This document shows, piece by piece, positions 1 to 11,762 of a DNA stretch of 64,000 bases. A program made the position numbers and the translations under genes. Source of the stretch: Schizosaccharomyces osmophilus. Its lineage: Eukaryota. The stretch covers positions 5,332,001 through 5,396,000 of the forward strand of contig NC_079238.1 in the NCBI RefSeq assembly GCF_027921745.1, written 5' to 3'. A model generated the notes under the pieces. The model was not told the origin of the DNA. It saw only the letters and a program-made list of their open reading frames with translations, and searched no databases. Position 1 is the first letter of the stretch. The number at the start of each line of letters is the position of its first letter.

Positions 1-300
1 GAAGGTGATGGATTGACTAGTGAACAAAAGGCAAGATGCAAGGAGCTGATGTATCCTGTTCGTAAGCATATGAAAAAGCTTCGAAAGGGTTCCACTGGTT
101 TGGAAAGAACACAACTGGTGAAGCTATTTACGGAGTGTTTAACGACGATAGGAGGACATATAGACGCTACCGTTACAAAACTCCCTGACAATGAAAAGGA
201 AGCTGTTCGTAAGGATTTGTGGATGTTTGTTTGTTACTTTTGGCCCAAAGATGAAGTCAAATACACTAGTTTGATAACCATGTACCAAAAGATGAAGTGA
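1..300 (+). CDS. hrp3: CHD1-family chromatin remodeller, C-terminal end only (gene starts before the window)
   Basis: Frame 1 is open from base 1 to TGA at 298-300. [15 protein letters not shown]...[10 protein letters not shown] resembles the CHD1 C-terminal helical domain. hrp3 rather than hrp1 is inferred from adjacency to dss1. Confidence 0.8.
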   Translation, partial: EGDGLTSEQKARCKELMYPVRKHMKKLRKGSTGLERTQLVKLFTECLTTIGGHIDATVTKLPDNEKEAVRKDLWMFVCYFWPKDEVKYTSLITMYQKMK

Positions 301-835
301 GATTTAAAGGATGTCTTTATCCTGAAGAATAGTCGGTGCTGTACATGATTCCTTATTTCTACCATATCATGCTTTTCGTTTACTTTTTATATTTTTTGAT
401 ACCGATATCCAGCTCGATTGTTCATATTTTCCCTTCGTTTACAGCGCTCATAATAATAGATAAATGGACGAGCTAGTGTTTAAATCGCAGCAATCTTAAA
501 TTTTGTACATGTAATTGATTATTTCTTAATTAATAAAAAAGTCTTGCATTTGTGATGAAATCATTTGAGGAATATGATCTTTCCAGTAGAGATTTCTTGA
601 CTCCTTTGTTCATAGATTCGAATAAAATTTTTGTCGAAACAGGAAAGCTTCCCTCGTCCATTGGATTACAAGCATACAATAGCTAACGGATAGAAAAGTA
701 TTTCAAAGTTTGATATTTTTGTTTGTTTATTAAGGATCTTGTCTTGGGGTACACTATTCTACTGAAGGCAGCTACTTTCTAGAAGTTGAAACCTGCAAAC
801 TTGACCAGTGCAATTACCTACGTTTCTATCAAAAA

Positions 836-1209
836 ATGTCGCGCACCGTATTGCCAAGCTTAGAAAGTAAGTGTTTGTGAATCAAGGCCGTAATTGATGT
901 TTATGTAATCTGTTAGTTCGATCGGCATTGATCCAGTCGTTATAAGAGGATTCCAACTAACGATCTGTGTAGATTTGGAAGATGATGATGAATTTGAAGA
1001 TTTCGCTACAGAAAGTAAGAATTCAGAATGTAAATTGAATTTGAAATGGAGCTAACAATGTGAAAGACTGGCCTATGAAAGATACAGAACTCGACACTGG
1101 CGATGATACCCTGTGGGAGAACAATTGGGATGATGAGGACGTTGGCGATGATGATTTTTCTGCTCAGCTTCAAGCTGAATTAAAAAAGAAGGCAGTCACT
1201 ACGAATTAA
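836..1209 (+). CDS. dss1: Dss1/Sem1 (Rpn15) proteasome-lid/TREX-2 subunit, 3 exons (836-866, 973-1014, 1067-1209)
   Basis: Manual splicing at GTAAGT/CTAAC/TAG and GTAAGA/CTAAC/AAG gives MSRTVLPSLENLEDDDEFEDFATENWPMKDTELDTGDDTLWENNWDDEDVGDDDFSAQLQAELKKKAVTTN, with the DSS1 motifs EDDDEFEDF and WENNWDD. Not in the ORF track. Confidence 0.97.
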
Positions 1210-1774
1210 AAGTTGTCATGAGGAAACCGAAGAGAATTACACAGCCTCTTTGGCTGAAAAGCCCATATTGTACAATGGACTAGAATGCATCCAGCAGGAC
1301 TTTCTGATTTGTATGAATTTTGAGGATTCCTATGAGGAAGCGAGTGTACTCTTTGAAGAAATGAGCACAAAGTTTGATGATGTGTTTATGCGTTCACATT
1401 AGAAATACATTACGATTGAAAGCCAAGTTTCCGAGGTTGGTCTGTAGCTGTAAGTATTACTGTAGAGGTGGAGAAGAGTATACTAGCATTCTTGAAAGAG
1501 AGTACGACATGTAAGTTTGTGGATGAATATTATGGAGTGTTTGCTATGACAAACCTGTTTTCAACTGTACAGAAAAAGAAATAAAAAGAAAACAAAAACA
1601 CGAGAGGAAATGGAGAAGCACAAAGGTAAAACACGGATTAGAACCGGTTCCAGAAAGTGGTACAATCATAATCAGCATACAGCATAATACAGAAAAAAAG
1701 AGCAAAAGAAGGGCAACATCTCATGACACCTAGGAATTAAGGGAAAAAAAGAAGAAAAACAAGTCTCGTAGACC

Positions 1775-2900
1775 TTAGTAATTCTCTGCATTTCCTTGGT
1801 CAAGTGCTTCTTCCAAAAGACGGTATGTAGCACGCAAAGGAAGTCCAACAATATTGGTATAATCACCTTGAATGGATTCTACCAAAAGAGCACCAAATCC
1901 CTAAATTGTTAGCAGTCTATGAAGAGAGAACAATCGAAATATCTTACCTGAATACCATAGCCACCAGCCTTATCAAGACCCTCGCCGCAACGAACGTAGG
2001 CTTCCAGAAATTCATTGGTAAGAGAAGGATCAAACTTCACTTGAGTTTCCTCCAAATGAGTTTTCATAACGTAGCCGGGATGAATGGGGACATCCATGGG
2101 CACAATCACGGTGACGGCAGTAAATATTTTGTGTGGATCTCTGGAGTCTCGAAGCTTTTTGAGAATGGACAAATGATTTTTTGGATCAGCAGGCTTTTCA
2201 ATAATTTCGCTATCCAAAATCAACACGGTATCTGCAGCGACAACAACATCTGGGGAATCTTCTTCGGCAGCCTAAAGAAAACACAAAATGTCAGCTCCGG
2301 TCAATAAAAAAAAAAAAAAACTTTTTCTCTTTATTTCAAACTTACCAAGCTTTGATAGACAGCTAAAGCCTTTTGAGAAGAAGTATCGGCAGCGTATTCC
2401 CAAGGAGTAACGTACGCAGATTTACTCAAATTCTCGGGGAATCCAGATACGGATACTTCTATATTAGAGAAACCCTAAACAGTAACGAATTAGTAAAAGT
2501 TTATAAATCTTTCAACGCCTCAGGAGACATTGTTGCTTCCAAGTAAGAGGATGTGAAAGAATGTCGTTTCGTCGAAAGTCAAAGCCAAGGAAGTAGACAT
2601 ATCATATTACAAATACAGACCCCTCTACAGATCTATTCACCTTTCCACAATGATTCTCTTGACTTTGATGGATAACATAGAACGACTTTACGTATCGAAA
2701 AAGAACGCAAGTTTCTTGGGAAAGAAGCAACAAAAATAAAAGCTGCAAACAGCCAAATTGCCTTTACTTACCATTTGGCGGAAGAGTTCCTTTCTGCGAG
2801 GAGAACCAGAGGCGAGAATAACACGCTTGTCCTTCAACTTTTGATGAACAGGTGTATCCAGAGTGAAATGAGATTCATAAGAAGGTGGAAGACCGTCCAT
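1775..2900 (-). CDS. Maf/YhdE-family nucleoside-triphosphate pyrophosphatase, 4 exons (2900-2772, 2474-2346, 2271-1948, 1900-1775)
   Basis: Maf motifs ILASGSPRRKEL, VVAADTVL, DKAGGYGIQG and GDYTNIVGLP join in frame across three canonical phase-0 introns. Confidence 0.93.
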
Positions 2901-4353
2901 TGTTTTATTAAACGAGTTAATTGAAATGAGAAAAATAGCAATTTACAGAAAGAAATAGGAAAAGAAAGGAGAACGGACGCTGCAAATGACGCGAATAGCT
3001 TTTATTTGTATGAATAGTGAAGTTGATTTACTTTCCTTATTTACCATACTGTATAGGAATGAGATACAGTGTGGATTTGGTCGGGTGTCATTGTGCGGGT
3101 TTGTTTACAAACAAACCGCGTAAACAATGAAATTAATGGAAACATGGTTTTTACATATACCACTTGTTGGATCGTGTACGAGAAAGGCAAGACTCTAAAC
3201 AGTGAACTTATTTAAGTGATTTGATATTATTTCAGAGTGGTTCAAAGGAATGTTGTAATTTCGTGTTTTGGTGCTTATTACCTTTAGTTGATATGGAGCC
3301 GCTTTATTCTTCCTTTAGTTTCTAATCAACTTTTTTTTTGTGAGTAGTCATAATTCCATTTTAGCGAATTATTCGAATATTTTTCAAGTTGGGCATTGCT
3401 ACATAACAATTTCGCTCTGCTGTGTTTTGTATGCTTGATGGTCAACTTGAAAGTACGAAAGATAAACGTGAAAAGATCATTAGACGGTTTTACGTAGATG
3501 AATTTACGCTTGAGAATTTCTTGAACCCATGGAACTATAACCTGTACATGTCCATTTATCAATGACAGTGTTTTACTTTTCATTCGAATATACAGTCGCA
3601 CCAAATTCAAAAAAAAGAAGTACTTCAATGAAACCTTTAAATAGGAATTAGGCTTCTATGTAATATTTGTTTCCATGTAGTACTCCTTTTCACATCAGAA
3701 ATCCAGACAAATACAAATACTGAGCACATTCAATTCGTGCTGCTTGAAAAACCCTTAACGAAAAGTTTATGTACAAGTCTGAAAAACACAAGCGACTCCA
3801 TGTGAAAGTAACTAGTATTTTTCTTAGATGTTCACTTTCTTTCCAACTATTCTAAGACTGGCTTGGATCATAATTTAATGAAGCCAAGGCTTTCTTAGGA
3901 AACACAGAACCAATGGTTATGTATGAAATCCAGGGCATAAGACGGAAAAAAACTTATAATTAATTGAAAATTAACTGCAAACGCTTCCATGGAGATAAAC
4001 ATTGCAGAATCTAAGGATTTCTTGTTTTTTCCAATTTCCTTGTGACTACGATATCATATTCGGCTGTTACCGGAACGAAAGCATAGAAATCATTGCTACC
4101 TAATAGCACGAAACAAAAAAGCAAAGAAATATACCGAGGATGCTGCAATATGCAATATACGATAAGAACAAGCAACGTACCTATTCAAAGTCGAGTCTAT
4201 GAAACTTCCGTTTTGCAAGGTTTCTAATTCCTCGAATATTTGGAAATTTTCTACCGTTTGTGTTTGCTTTCATTCATTTTTATCAGTTTAATTCCATTTT
4301 ACATTTAGAGAACTTTGGAGAACGCAATTGTTGGAGATATCAAACATTTTACA

Positions 4354-5403
4354 ATGAGTGCCTCAGAAGAAGAAATTGAAAAACGCACCGTCAAGGAAGA
4401 AACCAAGAAAAAAGATTCAGAGAATGAAGAAGAGATTGAAATTGACGTTTCGAAGCCGGTTCCTCCTTCGAAAAAGTTGATGCGTAAACTTCGTAAAGCT
4501 GGCAAAATCGACAAGGAAGGGAATTGGACACCGGAAGCGTTAGAAGAAGCCAAGAAAAAGGAAGAAAAGAGATTGAAAAAGATTGATGTGAAATATGGAT
4601 CCGGCGCTGGAGAAGAAGAAAAAGAAGAGAGCAAACGGTCGCCATGGGGAGTTTGGATCGGTAATTTGAGTTTTCTTACGAGCCCTGCTATTTTGAAAGA
4701 GTTTCTCGTTCGAGAGACGAAAGAAACTGTAGAGGAAAACGAGGAGAATCCATTTCAGTTTACTTCGGAAAACATCAAGCGGATTCATATGCCTATGTCC
4801 AAAGAACATCGAAACCAAAACAAGGGATTTGCCTACATCGACTTTGATTCGGAAGAAGCTCTTAGGGCAGCATTGCAGTGCACGGAAAGACCTTTGAATG
4901 GAAGGAACGTTTTGATTAAATCCAGTAATGACTATCAAGGCCGACCTCCGAAATCGGCCATGCCTTCCAAAACCATCGCCAGACAGCAGTCTAGGAATCC
5001 TCCCTCCCCCGTTATTTTCGTCGGAAATCTTCCTTTTGATGCTACGGAAGATTTGTTAAGAGAGCATTTTGGACAAGCCGGTGGCATTCGACGCGTGCGT
5101 CTGATGACCTTTGAAGATTCCGGAAAGTGCAAGGGATTCGGATTTGTTGATTTCCATGATGTAGAGACGTCTATGAAGGCAATGGCAAGGAGCCATGAAA
5201 GCTGGCGTCTTGAATACGGTGAAGATAGATCAAAGCGCACCCGTAAGGCACCTGATTCTGTTGCTCGTACCGACGATCATTCAGCAAAACGTAGAAAGAA
5301 CGTTGATGCCCGTGACATTCGTCCAGGAGCTTCCTTGGCCAATGCTCCACGTGGCTCTATGGGCATTAAAGAGTCTACGGGTAAAAAGATTACTTTTGAC
5401 TAA
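4354..5403 (+). CDS. rnp24: Two-RRM nucleolar RNA-binding protein (Nop13-like)
   Basis: First ATG at 4354. RNP2/RNP1 motifs VWIGNL/KGFAYIDF and IFVGNL/KGFGFVDF; C-terminal TGKKITFD. Symbol inferred from synteny. Confidence 0.88.
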   Translation: MSASEEEIEKRTVKEETKKKDSENEEEIEIDVSKPVPPSKKLMRKLRKAGKIDKEGNWTPEALEEAKKKEEKRLKKIDVKYGSGAGEEEKEESKRSPWGVWIGNLSFLTSPAILKEFLVRETKETVEENEENPFQFTSENIKRIHMPMSKEHRNQNKGFAYIDFDSEEALRAALQCTERPLNGRNVLIKSSNDYQGRPPKSAMPSKTIARQQSRNPPSPVIFVGNLPFDATEDLLREHFGQAGGIRRVRLMTFEDSGKCKGFGFVDFHDVETSMKAMARSHESWRLEYGEDRSKRTRKAPDSVARTDDHSAKRRKNVDARDIRPGASLANAPRGSMGIKESTGKKITFD

Positions 5404-5722
5404 TCATTCATTTGGAACAGGAAACTTTCCATGTCTACATGTGGATGGGAAATGGGTATATTTAGGAAAGAATTAATCAAAATTGGTGTATGGATCATCT
5501 GTGTAAGTGCAAACCAACGTAGAAAATGCTATATTTTATCTTTTATTTAATAATTTAAAGACCTTATTTTCGGTTAGGATAAGAACGACATGCGAAATGC
5601 AGTTGTTTTCACACAGCAATCTTTCCATCTTTTCCTGTATCTACCTAGATTGAATATATTTTTCCTTCATCATGCTCTGCTATCTGGTTTGCAAGCATTT
5701 CAACTTTTGTTTACGTTTTTCA

Positions 5723-5730
5723 CAGTCACA
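5723..5730 (+). promoter_or_regulatory. HomolD box (CAGTCACA), probable core promoter of a snoRNA host transcript
   Basis: Exact HomolD octamer, the fission-yeast TATA analogue of ribosomal-protein genes and some ncRNA genes. It lies just upstream of GTAAGT donors (5769, 5889) and an intronic snoRNA. Confidence 0.6.
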
Positions 5731-5964
5731 ATTTCGTGGAAACTTGTACATGCTGAATGCCCCAAAAAGTAAGTCACAAATGTTATATATTTGGGAAATG
5801 GCACATAACTTTTCCATATATTCTGTGGACGCACACAGTATGGGTTCTTTTTAGTGAATCTTTGGATTTGTGTGCCGTTGCTGAAAATGTAAGTTATTTA
5901 TGGATTTTGAGGAATACGTGGTAAAGCAGGTAGAAAACGATATTACCATTTGGATCGTTTTTTA

Positions 5965-6040
5965 CCAGGATGAGAACTATGTTAACCCAGCTCACTCGGA
6001 GTATATACATTGACGAGTTTAGCATGTATTACCTGAATAT
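5965..6040 (+). ncRNA. Box C/D snoRNA, dual guide (snR71/U29-like 25S guide plus an 18S guide), intron-encoded
   Basis: Degenerate C box ATGAGAA 5970-5976. Guide AACCCAGCTCAC 5984-5995 is antisense to conserved 25S GUGAGCUGGGUU. D' CGGA 5997-6000; C' TTGACGA 6010-6016. Guide TTTAGCATGTATTA 6018-6031 is antisense to 18S UAAUACAUGCUAAA. D box CTGA 6033-6036. Flanking stem 5932-5943/6037-6048; branch CTAAC 6098 and acceptor TAG 6109-6111 downstream. Confidence 0.88.
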
Positions 6041-6637
6041 TGTTTTTTCCGAATTCCTCTTCTTGTCCATTTGACAACACAAAATATGAATTTGTCACTA
6101 ACATTTTCTAGTGGAAGGAATAGTATTGAACTATAATAGATAAGTCAGATTAGAGAATAAAGGAAGTTGAATATATCAATAAGTGATTGAGTGTAGACTT
6201 ACTGTGTAGTTTGTAAAAGAGAGTATAGGTTGCTGGTTCGCAAAAGTTCCCAATAACTTTTGTTTGAGTTGGAGTCTCGTTTAGATGAAATCCAGCTTCA
6301 GAAAAGTGTTCTTAGAATCCATTCCTTTCTTTCCTTTGCTTTTCGCTTGTCAATACTGGATTGATTTGCTTACATCTATTAAACGAGGAATCGTAATCTT
6401 AATACGTTCTTGATTTCAGTCTTACGTACCCCTATAGAAAACTTATATACCCTTCCACGGGCATGTAAATAAAGTCATTTTGGTTCTGCCTTCAATCCCC
6501 TTTGTAACTGAAATTTTATATTTATAAGAATTTATTGGTGAAATTAAAAATATTGTTAATAAACAAAAACCCATCTTTAGTTGTGCTGTGTTTCTCGAGA
6601 GTCTTTAATACGATTTTGTCGCTCTTTACCAGAAACC

Positions 6638-7610
6638 ATGTTTGCTCGTTTGACGTCTAGATACAATGCTCTCTTCAATAGAGCCCCAATCAGTACGATG
6701 TGCTTTACTGCTGGCACCCTAGGTGGCCTTTCAGATGTCCTTGCGCAAGGAATCACTTATTACCAAGCAAAGAAAAAAGCGCCTATAGGCTTAACCGAGG
6801 AAGTAGTAAGTACAAGGAAAAAGAGTTTTCTTTCATTTGATTTTCTGGTTTAGAAACTCTCAGGAGGAAAATTTTGGATGATTTTCACGACGATGTACAT
6901 AATGCTAACAAAATCCAAGGTTCGTTCTTCTTCAGGGATCCCAAACCTTGCTCGCATTCTTCAATTCGTTTCTTTTGGTAAGTGGTGGAGTCTTTCTTTG
7001 CGCTGGAGCTCTAATATCTTGTAGGTTTTGCTATTTCTCCTTTGCAATTCAAATGGCTAAAGTTTCTGTCCATGAGATTTCCTGTGGAAAAAGGCGTTAG
7101 CAATGTCGTTATTCGTGTTTTGCTAGATCAAGCTATTTTTGCTCCTTTTGGTACTGCCTTTTTCTATTCTTGGATGGTAGGTTTTTTTTTTTTTTTTTCA
7201 AAAAAGCTTTTGTATATGATGATCCTCAGCTATTAACTCTGTCTAGACTATTACTGAGAAAGGAAAAGGACTCAACGATGTTGGTAACAAGCTGAAGAAT
7301 TTGTTTGTCCCGACTCTTAAGGTATGATCCCCATGGACTAGTTTTGTTTGTAGCAGCCATGACTAACCAAAAATTACAGGCAAACTATGTTGTTTGGCCT
7401 TTTATCCAATCAATTAATTTTTATTTAATGCCATTGCAATTTCAAATGCCCTTTGCTTGCCTATGTGCTTTGTTCTGGTAAGAATATCCCAGTCGATTCG
7501 TGTTGGACAAAAAACTAATGAATAACTCTTATAGGAACACATTTCTGAGCCTGAAAAATGCTGGATCAGCAGAAAGAGAGCGACAGGAATATGAGTTGCT
7601 TCAATTATAA
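6638..7610 (+). CDS. Mpv17/PMP22 (Sym1-like) membrane protein, 6 exons (6638-6805, 6920-6977, 7025-7176, 7247-7321, 7380-7477, 7535-7610)
   Basis: Family motifs SDVLAQ, RVLLDQAIFAP, ANYVVWPFIQSINF and WNTFLS are joined in frame by five canonical introns. Confidence 0.93.
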
Positions 7611-7827
7611 GTCTGATGATATCCTGTTGTTTGCTAACATTGGATATTTCGTTAGTTTTAACGAATACCCCTATATTGTGAACAGGTTTTCTTTATGTTA
7701 TCGATAAATGCTATTTAATAAATGAATAAAAATAATTCTAGTAAGCAAAAAATTCCATATAGACTCACATTAACAAAAGAAAACTAAGCATCATAAACGA
7801 AATGTCCGTTAAAAAGTAATATTAAAT

Positions 7828-9112
7828 CTATCGCTTTTTGTTGCCTCCAGTAGCTTTCGTGTCACGTTTCCGTTTTCCGCTTGCTCCTTTGCCAGTTTCA
7901 GCAGGCTTTTTGGGACTCGAAGGTACGGGCTTGAAGAAAGAATCCAAGCGACCCTGTGGTACGGTTTTTGATGCTTTTTCTAGTCTAGAAATACCTAATC
8001 GAACACGATCTTCATTAAAGCCTTTTTCGGTCACAAGAAACTTGATTATACCTTCCTTGTCAGGTGTTTTCCATTTCAAATCCATTTGATCTCCTGGAAT
8101 AACTTCCGCTTCCAAGAACAACCTGCGTGCATCATCATACGGCCAGTCTTCTGGAATAGGAAACTTCGTTCGGTCTGCCTCTTTGACAAATTTTTCAAGG
8201 CTTCCATATTGACGAATTAGCTCTATGGCTCTTGCTGGTCCAACACCGCGAATTGGATCACAATAATCACAACCTAACAAAATGCACAAGTCGACAAATT
8301 GCTCCACTGGCATGTTCAACCCTTCTATGGCCTTGTCAAAATAGTATTCACTGATAGGTTCCTTTCTTTGCTCGCTAAAGGTAAGATGACGGAGCAGAAT
8401 TGGAGCCCGAAAACATAAAGTGTCCATATCTTCGGAAGCAGCAGCATAAACTTTTCCTGATTTTGCTAATTCCGCACACTGTGCTTCAGCTTCGCAGGGG
8501 GCATTTACATACGGAATCCCCATCAGGTCAAGTAAATGTTTGGCTTCTTCATTGTGTTGGCGTGTGACCTTTACTGTTCGTTTAGCAAATCGATCCACCA
8601 TTTCAGCAGTTCCGACTTCCTTTGCTTCTTCCTGGTCTTCTCTGGCCTTTTGATGACGAGCAAATCGCTTTGCCAGTTCGCCTGACTTTAAAGTCGGTGG
8701 CTTTCCATCAAACACAAAGCAAGGCTTAATACCATTATCAACGATTCGTAATGTCCGATAAAACATTCCCATCAAGTGACTAGTAGTCTCTCCCTGCTCG
8801 TTCATTAATTGTTGGCCATCCTGTCCACGGACTTGGATAAGAAACTGATACAGACTCATAGACCTTAAATTCATGTTAACAACATGCCTATACGTTTCTC
8901 AAGTACAGCCAGAAAGTAAATTTCTTTCTGCTTTATTTTATCACATACGCATCAATAGCTACCTTTCTACCAAAGTAGTTTTTAATATCATTATGTTTCA
9001 CACTTGAACTAGCATTATCCGCCAACACCTGAGAAAGACCTAAGTTAGTCAGTATATCTGGACCTATTGAAGACACCTTAGTGTTTTCTTCTTCCTTACC
9101 TTTAATTCCCAT
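7828..9112 (-). CDS. rad2: Flap endonuclease FEN1, 3 exons (9112-9100, 9039-8949, 8863-7828)
   Basis: MGIKGL start after splicing; [41 protein letters not shown] box QGRLDSFF. Confidence 0.97.
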
Positions 9113-9931
9113 CGTAAACTAAGTGTACAGCAACTTTTCCTAAAGACCCTAGAACTTGCAAGCTGCCAAAATAAATTAAACAAACAATTCTTTTATAAAT
9201 ACAAGAATTATATTATCTCTAAGCTTTGTGAAAGAAAATTGTTGTATTTGCCAGCGCTTTCCTTGGTAAAATGGCTGGTAAGTATCAGATAACAATGTAA
9301 TCTCAAGGGAGTGCGGTTCTCATCAGTCGTAAACAAACGATGCTCGACTTATTTATTGCTGTAAAAAGAGTTATAGTTGAAATAGGAAAGCTTTCATAGA
9401 GATTCGTTTCTTTCTCTGATATTTGAAGTCGGTATTTACTTCCAATTCGGCTGATTGAGGACACTTTACTTCTGTAGCGGCTTCAAGGATTCATATTTGG
9501 CAACAGCTCTCTTCTTAGATGTATTTCAGCGGTTGTTTATAGTTTTACTTTCTGATATAAGGTGTTTAAGCACATGAAGGGTCCTGGGCTTGCTCGATGA
9601 ATTATCAACAATACCGTTCAAACAAAAACAAATTAGAAGCTCCTAGCTGTCAGCCGTAGCTGCATTTCTACTCCATAAAAGCAAAAACAATCAAGAAACG
9701 AAATGGTTTATGTACTTGTATTGCCGTCGAAAAGCAACGTTAACAAAGCTAGAACAGCTTATCCAAGGAAAGAACAATCAACCTTGATATAAAAACAACT
9801 CTTTGATTTTTTAATTAAAAAAAAAATATTCAGTTCTTAAATTGCAATTCTCTTGGTCTTTTTGAGTTTCATAGGTTTCTCCTGCTTCTGTCAAGACTCA
9901 TCAAGTCGACGTCTGAAAATTAAAGAAACCA

Positions 9932-10483
9932 ATGTTTGGAAAAAGGTACAGAGACAAAGAAACAGGTATTATTTATGATGAAAATGGAAAACCATGCAAA
10001 AGCTGTAACATTTTTTCCTCATTTCAATCTGCTACAACTGGGATGAAAGCTGAAAAAAAAAAAGAGGTTCCTTCTAGCTCAGATTTGTCAAATAGAGGTA
10101 TGCCTGAGTCACATACAATATCAAAAGAAGTACCTGATTCCGTTTCATTTCCTAGATTACCAGATGTCGCTGAATTAGGCCGCAGTACTTGGACGTTTTT
10201 ACATGCCATGGCTGCTAATTACCCAAAAAATCCCTCCACAGTGGAGCAAACCAATATGTCAAGCTTTTTGCATAATTTTTCCAAATTCTATCCTTGCTGG
10301 GCTTGCGCCGAAGATCTTAGACTTTGGATGGCTAGGGATGGAAATGCACCGAAAGTCGAAACTCGCGAGTCCTTGTGTCACTGGATATGTGAAGCCCATA
10401 ATGATGTGAATGAGCGCTTAGGAAAGCCGGTATTTAACTGTGATATATGGGCTAAAAAAGCTTCCAAAATGACAGATGAATAG
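9932..10483 (+). CDS. erv1: Erv1/ALR FAD-linked sulfhydryl oxidase
   Basis: N-terminal shuttle CKSC; PDVAELGRSTWTFLH; redox-active YPCWACA; CEAHNDVNERLGKP. Confidence 0.95.
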   Translation: MFGKRYRDKETGIIYDENGKPCKSCNIFSSFQSATTGMKAEKKKEVPSSSDLSNRGMPESHTISKEVPDSVSFPRLPDVAELGRSTWTFLHAMAANYPKNPSTVEQTNMSSFLHNFSKFYPCWACAEDLRLWMARDGNAPKVETRESLCHWICEAHNDVNERLGKPVFNCDIWAKKASKMTDE

Positions 10484-11762
10484 AACTTGCTTCATGGATC
10501 AATTGTGTTCGTATCCCTTCGTCTCTTTCTTATTGAGTTGCAATAAACCATCCTTTACGTCTACAAAGCCTTTGATTATGAACAACTAATGCACATAGAT
10601 GCTATTGAACGAAAACGTGCTGTAAAACAGTTGATATGGACTTTTAATCTCCAAAATGAGATTTAGTTTTATATGTTCATTTATTTGATGTTGCTATACG
10701 AACATTAGGATTTTCAATGTGAAGCCAGGACCTGAAATAACGAATCTTTCATGCAAGTTTTCCCGCGAAGTGCGGGTATAAAAAAGAAAAGTTTTTATAT
10801 TATCATGGGGATTGAACAACTCTCTCGACGTAATAGCGTTCAAAAAAGCAAGATTGAAATGCTATTATCATTGCGGTACCACCTACAAAATGTTACGTTA
10901 GGTGCCCTGGCTGATTTTTCTCTCTTTTTGTAATTTTTCTTCTTTTTCCTCGTAATAAACGCTTGTACTAAAGTGCTAAAAGAGTGATTTCATTGAATGT
11001 TTCACATTATACGGGATACAAAGTTACGAAAAGAATCCGTTTCTGGTCATTCGTTCGTCCAAGCATGTTTTATAAAAGGCATGAATAACAAGAAAACGGG
11101 TGCTATACGATCCTTCAATGTCGTTCATTTTAAACCTCTTGCAGTATTCTTGCCCAAACCCGGCACCTTAATCCCAAGTATCGTAAATGGAGCTCATTAT
11201 CATCCAAGGACCCTTGCTTATTATTTTGAGTGGTTTGAACTCGAAATTCATTCCGTTGTCGTAATTTTCTAGCCCCCGAGAAGAGGTTTGAACAATGAGG
11301 TCCTTGCTATTATCTTCGTAGTCGCAAGTTTGAACATATCAGATATTAGAGCATTGGCAGGAGACAGACAATGATTTAAATTAGGACATGTTATCTCATA
11401 CTCACTTGTCATTAGGTTTCAGTTTCCTACGAAATCCACGATGGCGACTCACATTATGTTTGAACGTAAACTGCACATATTACACTATTATAAAGGGTAT
11501 ATCAGTATAGACATTAGTTTTACTGATCATTCCCATTAGTCGGATATTTATTGCGGTCCCAAGAAAATATCTTTGCTAGAAAAGCCATCCGTTTTGATCG
11601 ACGCTTTCACGATAATAAATACAAAGAAAAAGAAAAAAGATGGTAAATTAAGGATGGGTAGTAGCTATAAATAAGACATAAATACATAACCGAATAGTAA
11701 CCAATTAACATAATAATAATCTCGTCAATTCATGTTGTGTCCCAAAGTTCAAACTTGGGGAT

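Noticed and set aside
9340..9700. Expected ortholog of S. pombe SPAC3G6.07 between rad2 and erv1
   Set aside because: All frames I translated are broken by stops and no splice model was convincing; neither a gene nor a pseudogene can be supported.
10997..11272. 91-aa ORF between convergent erv1 and tps2
   Set aside because: No recognisable motif or codon bias; probably UTR or intergenic DNA.
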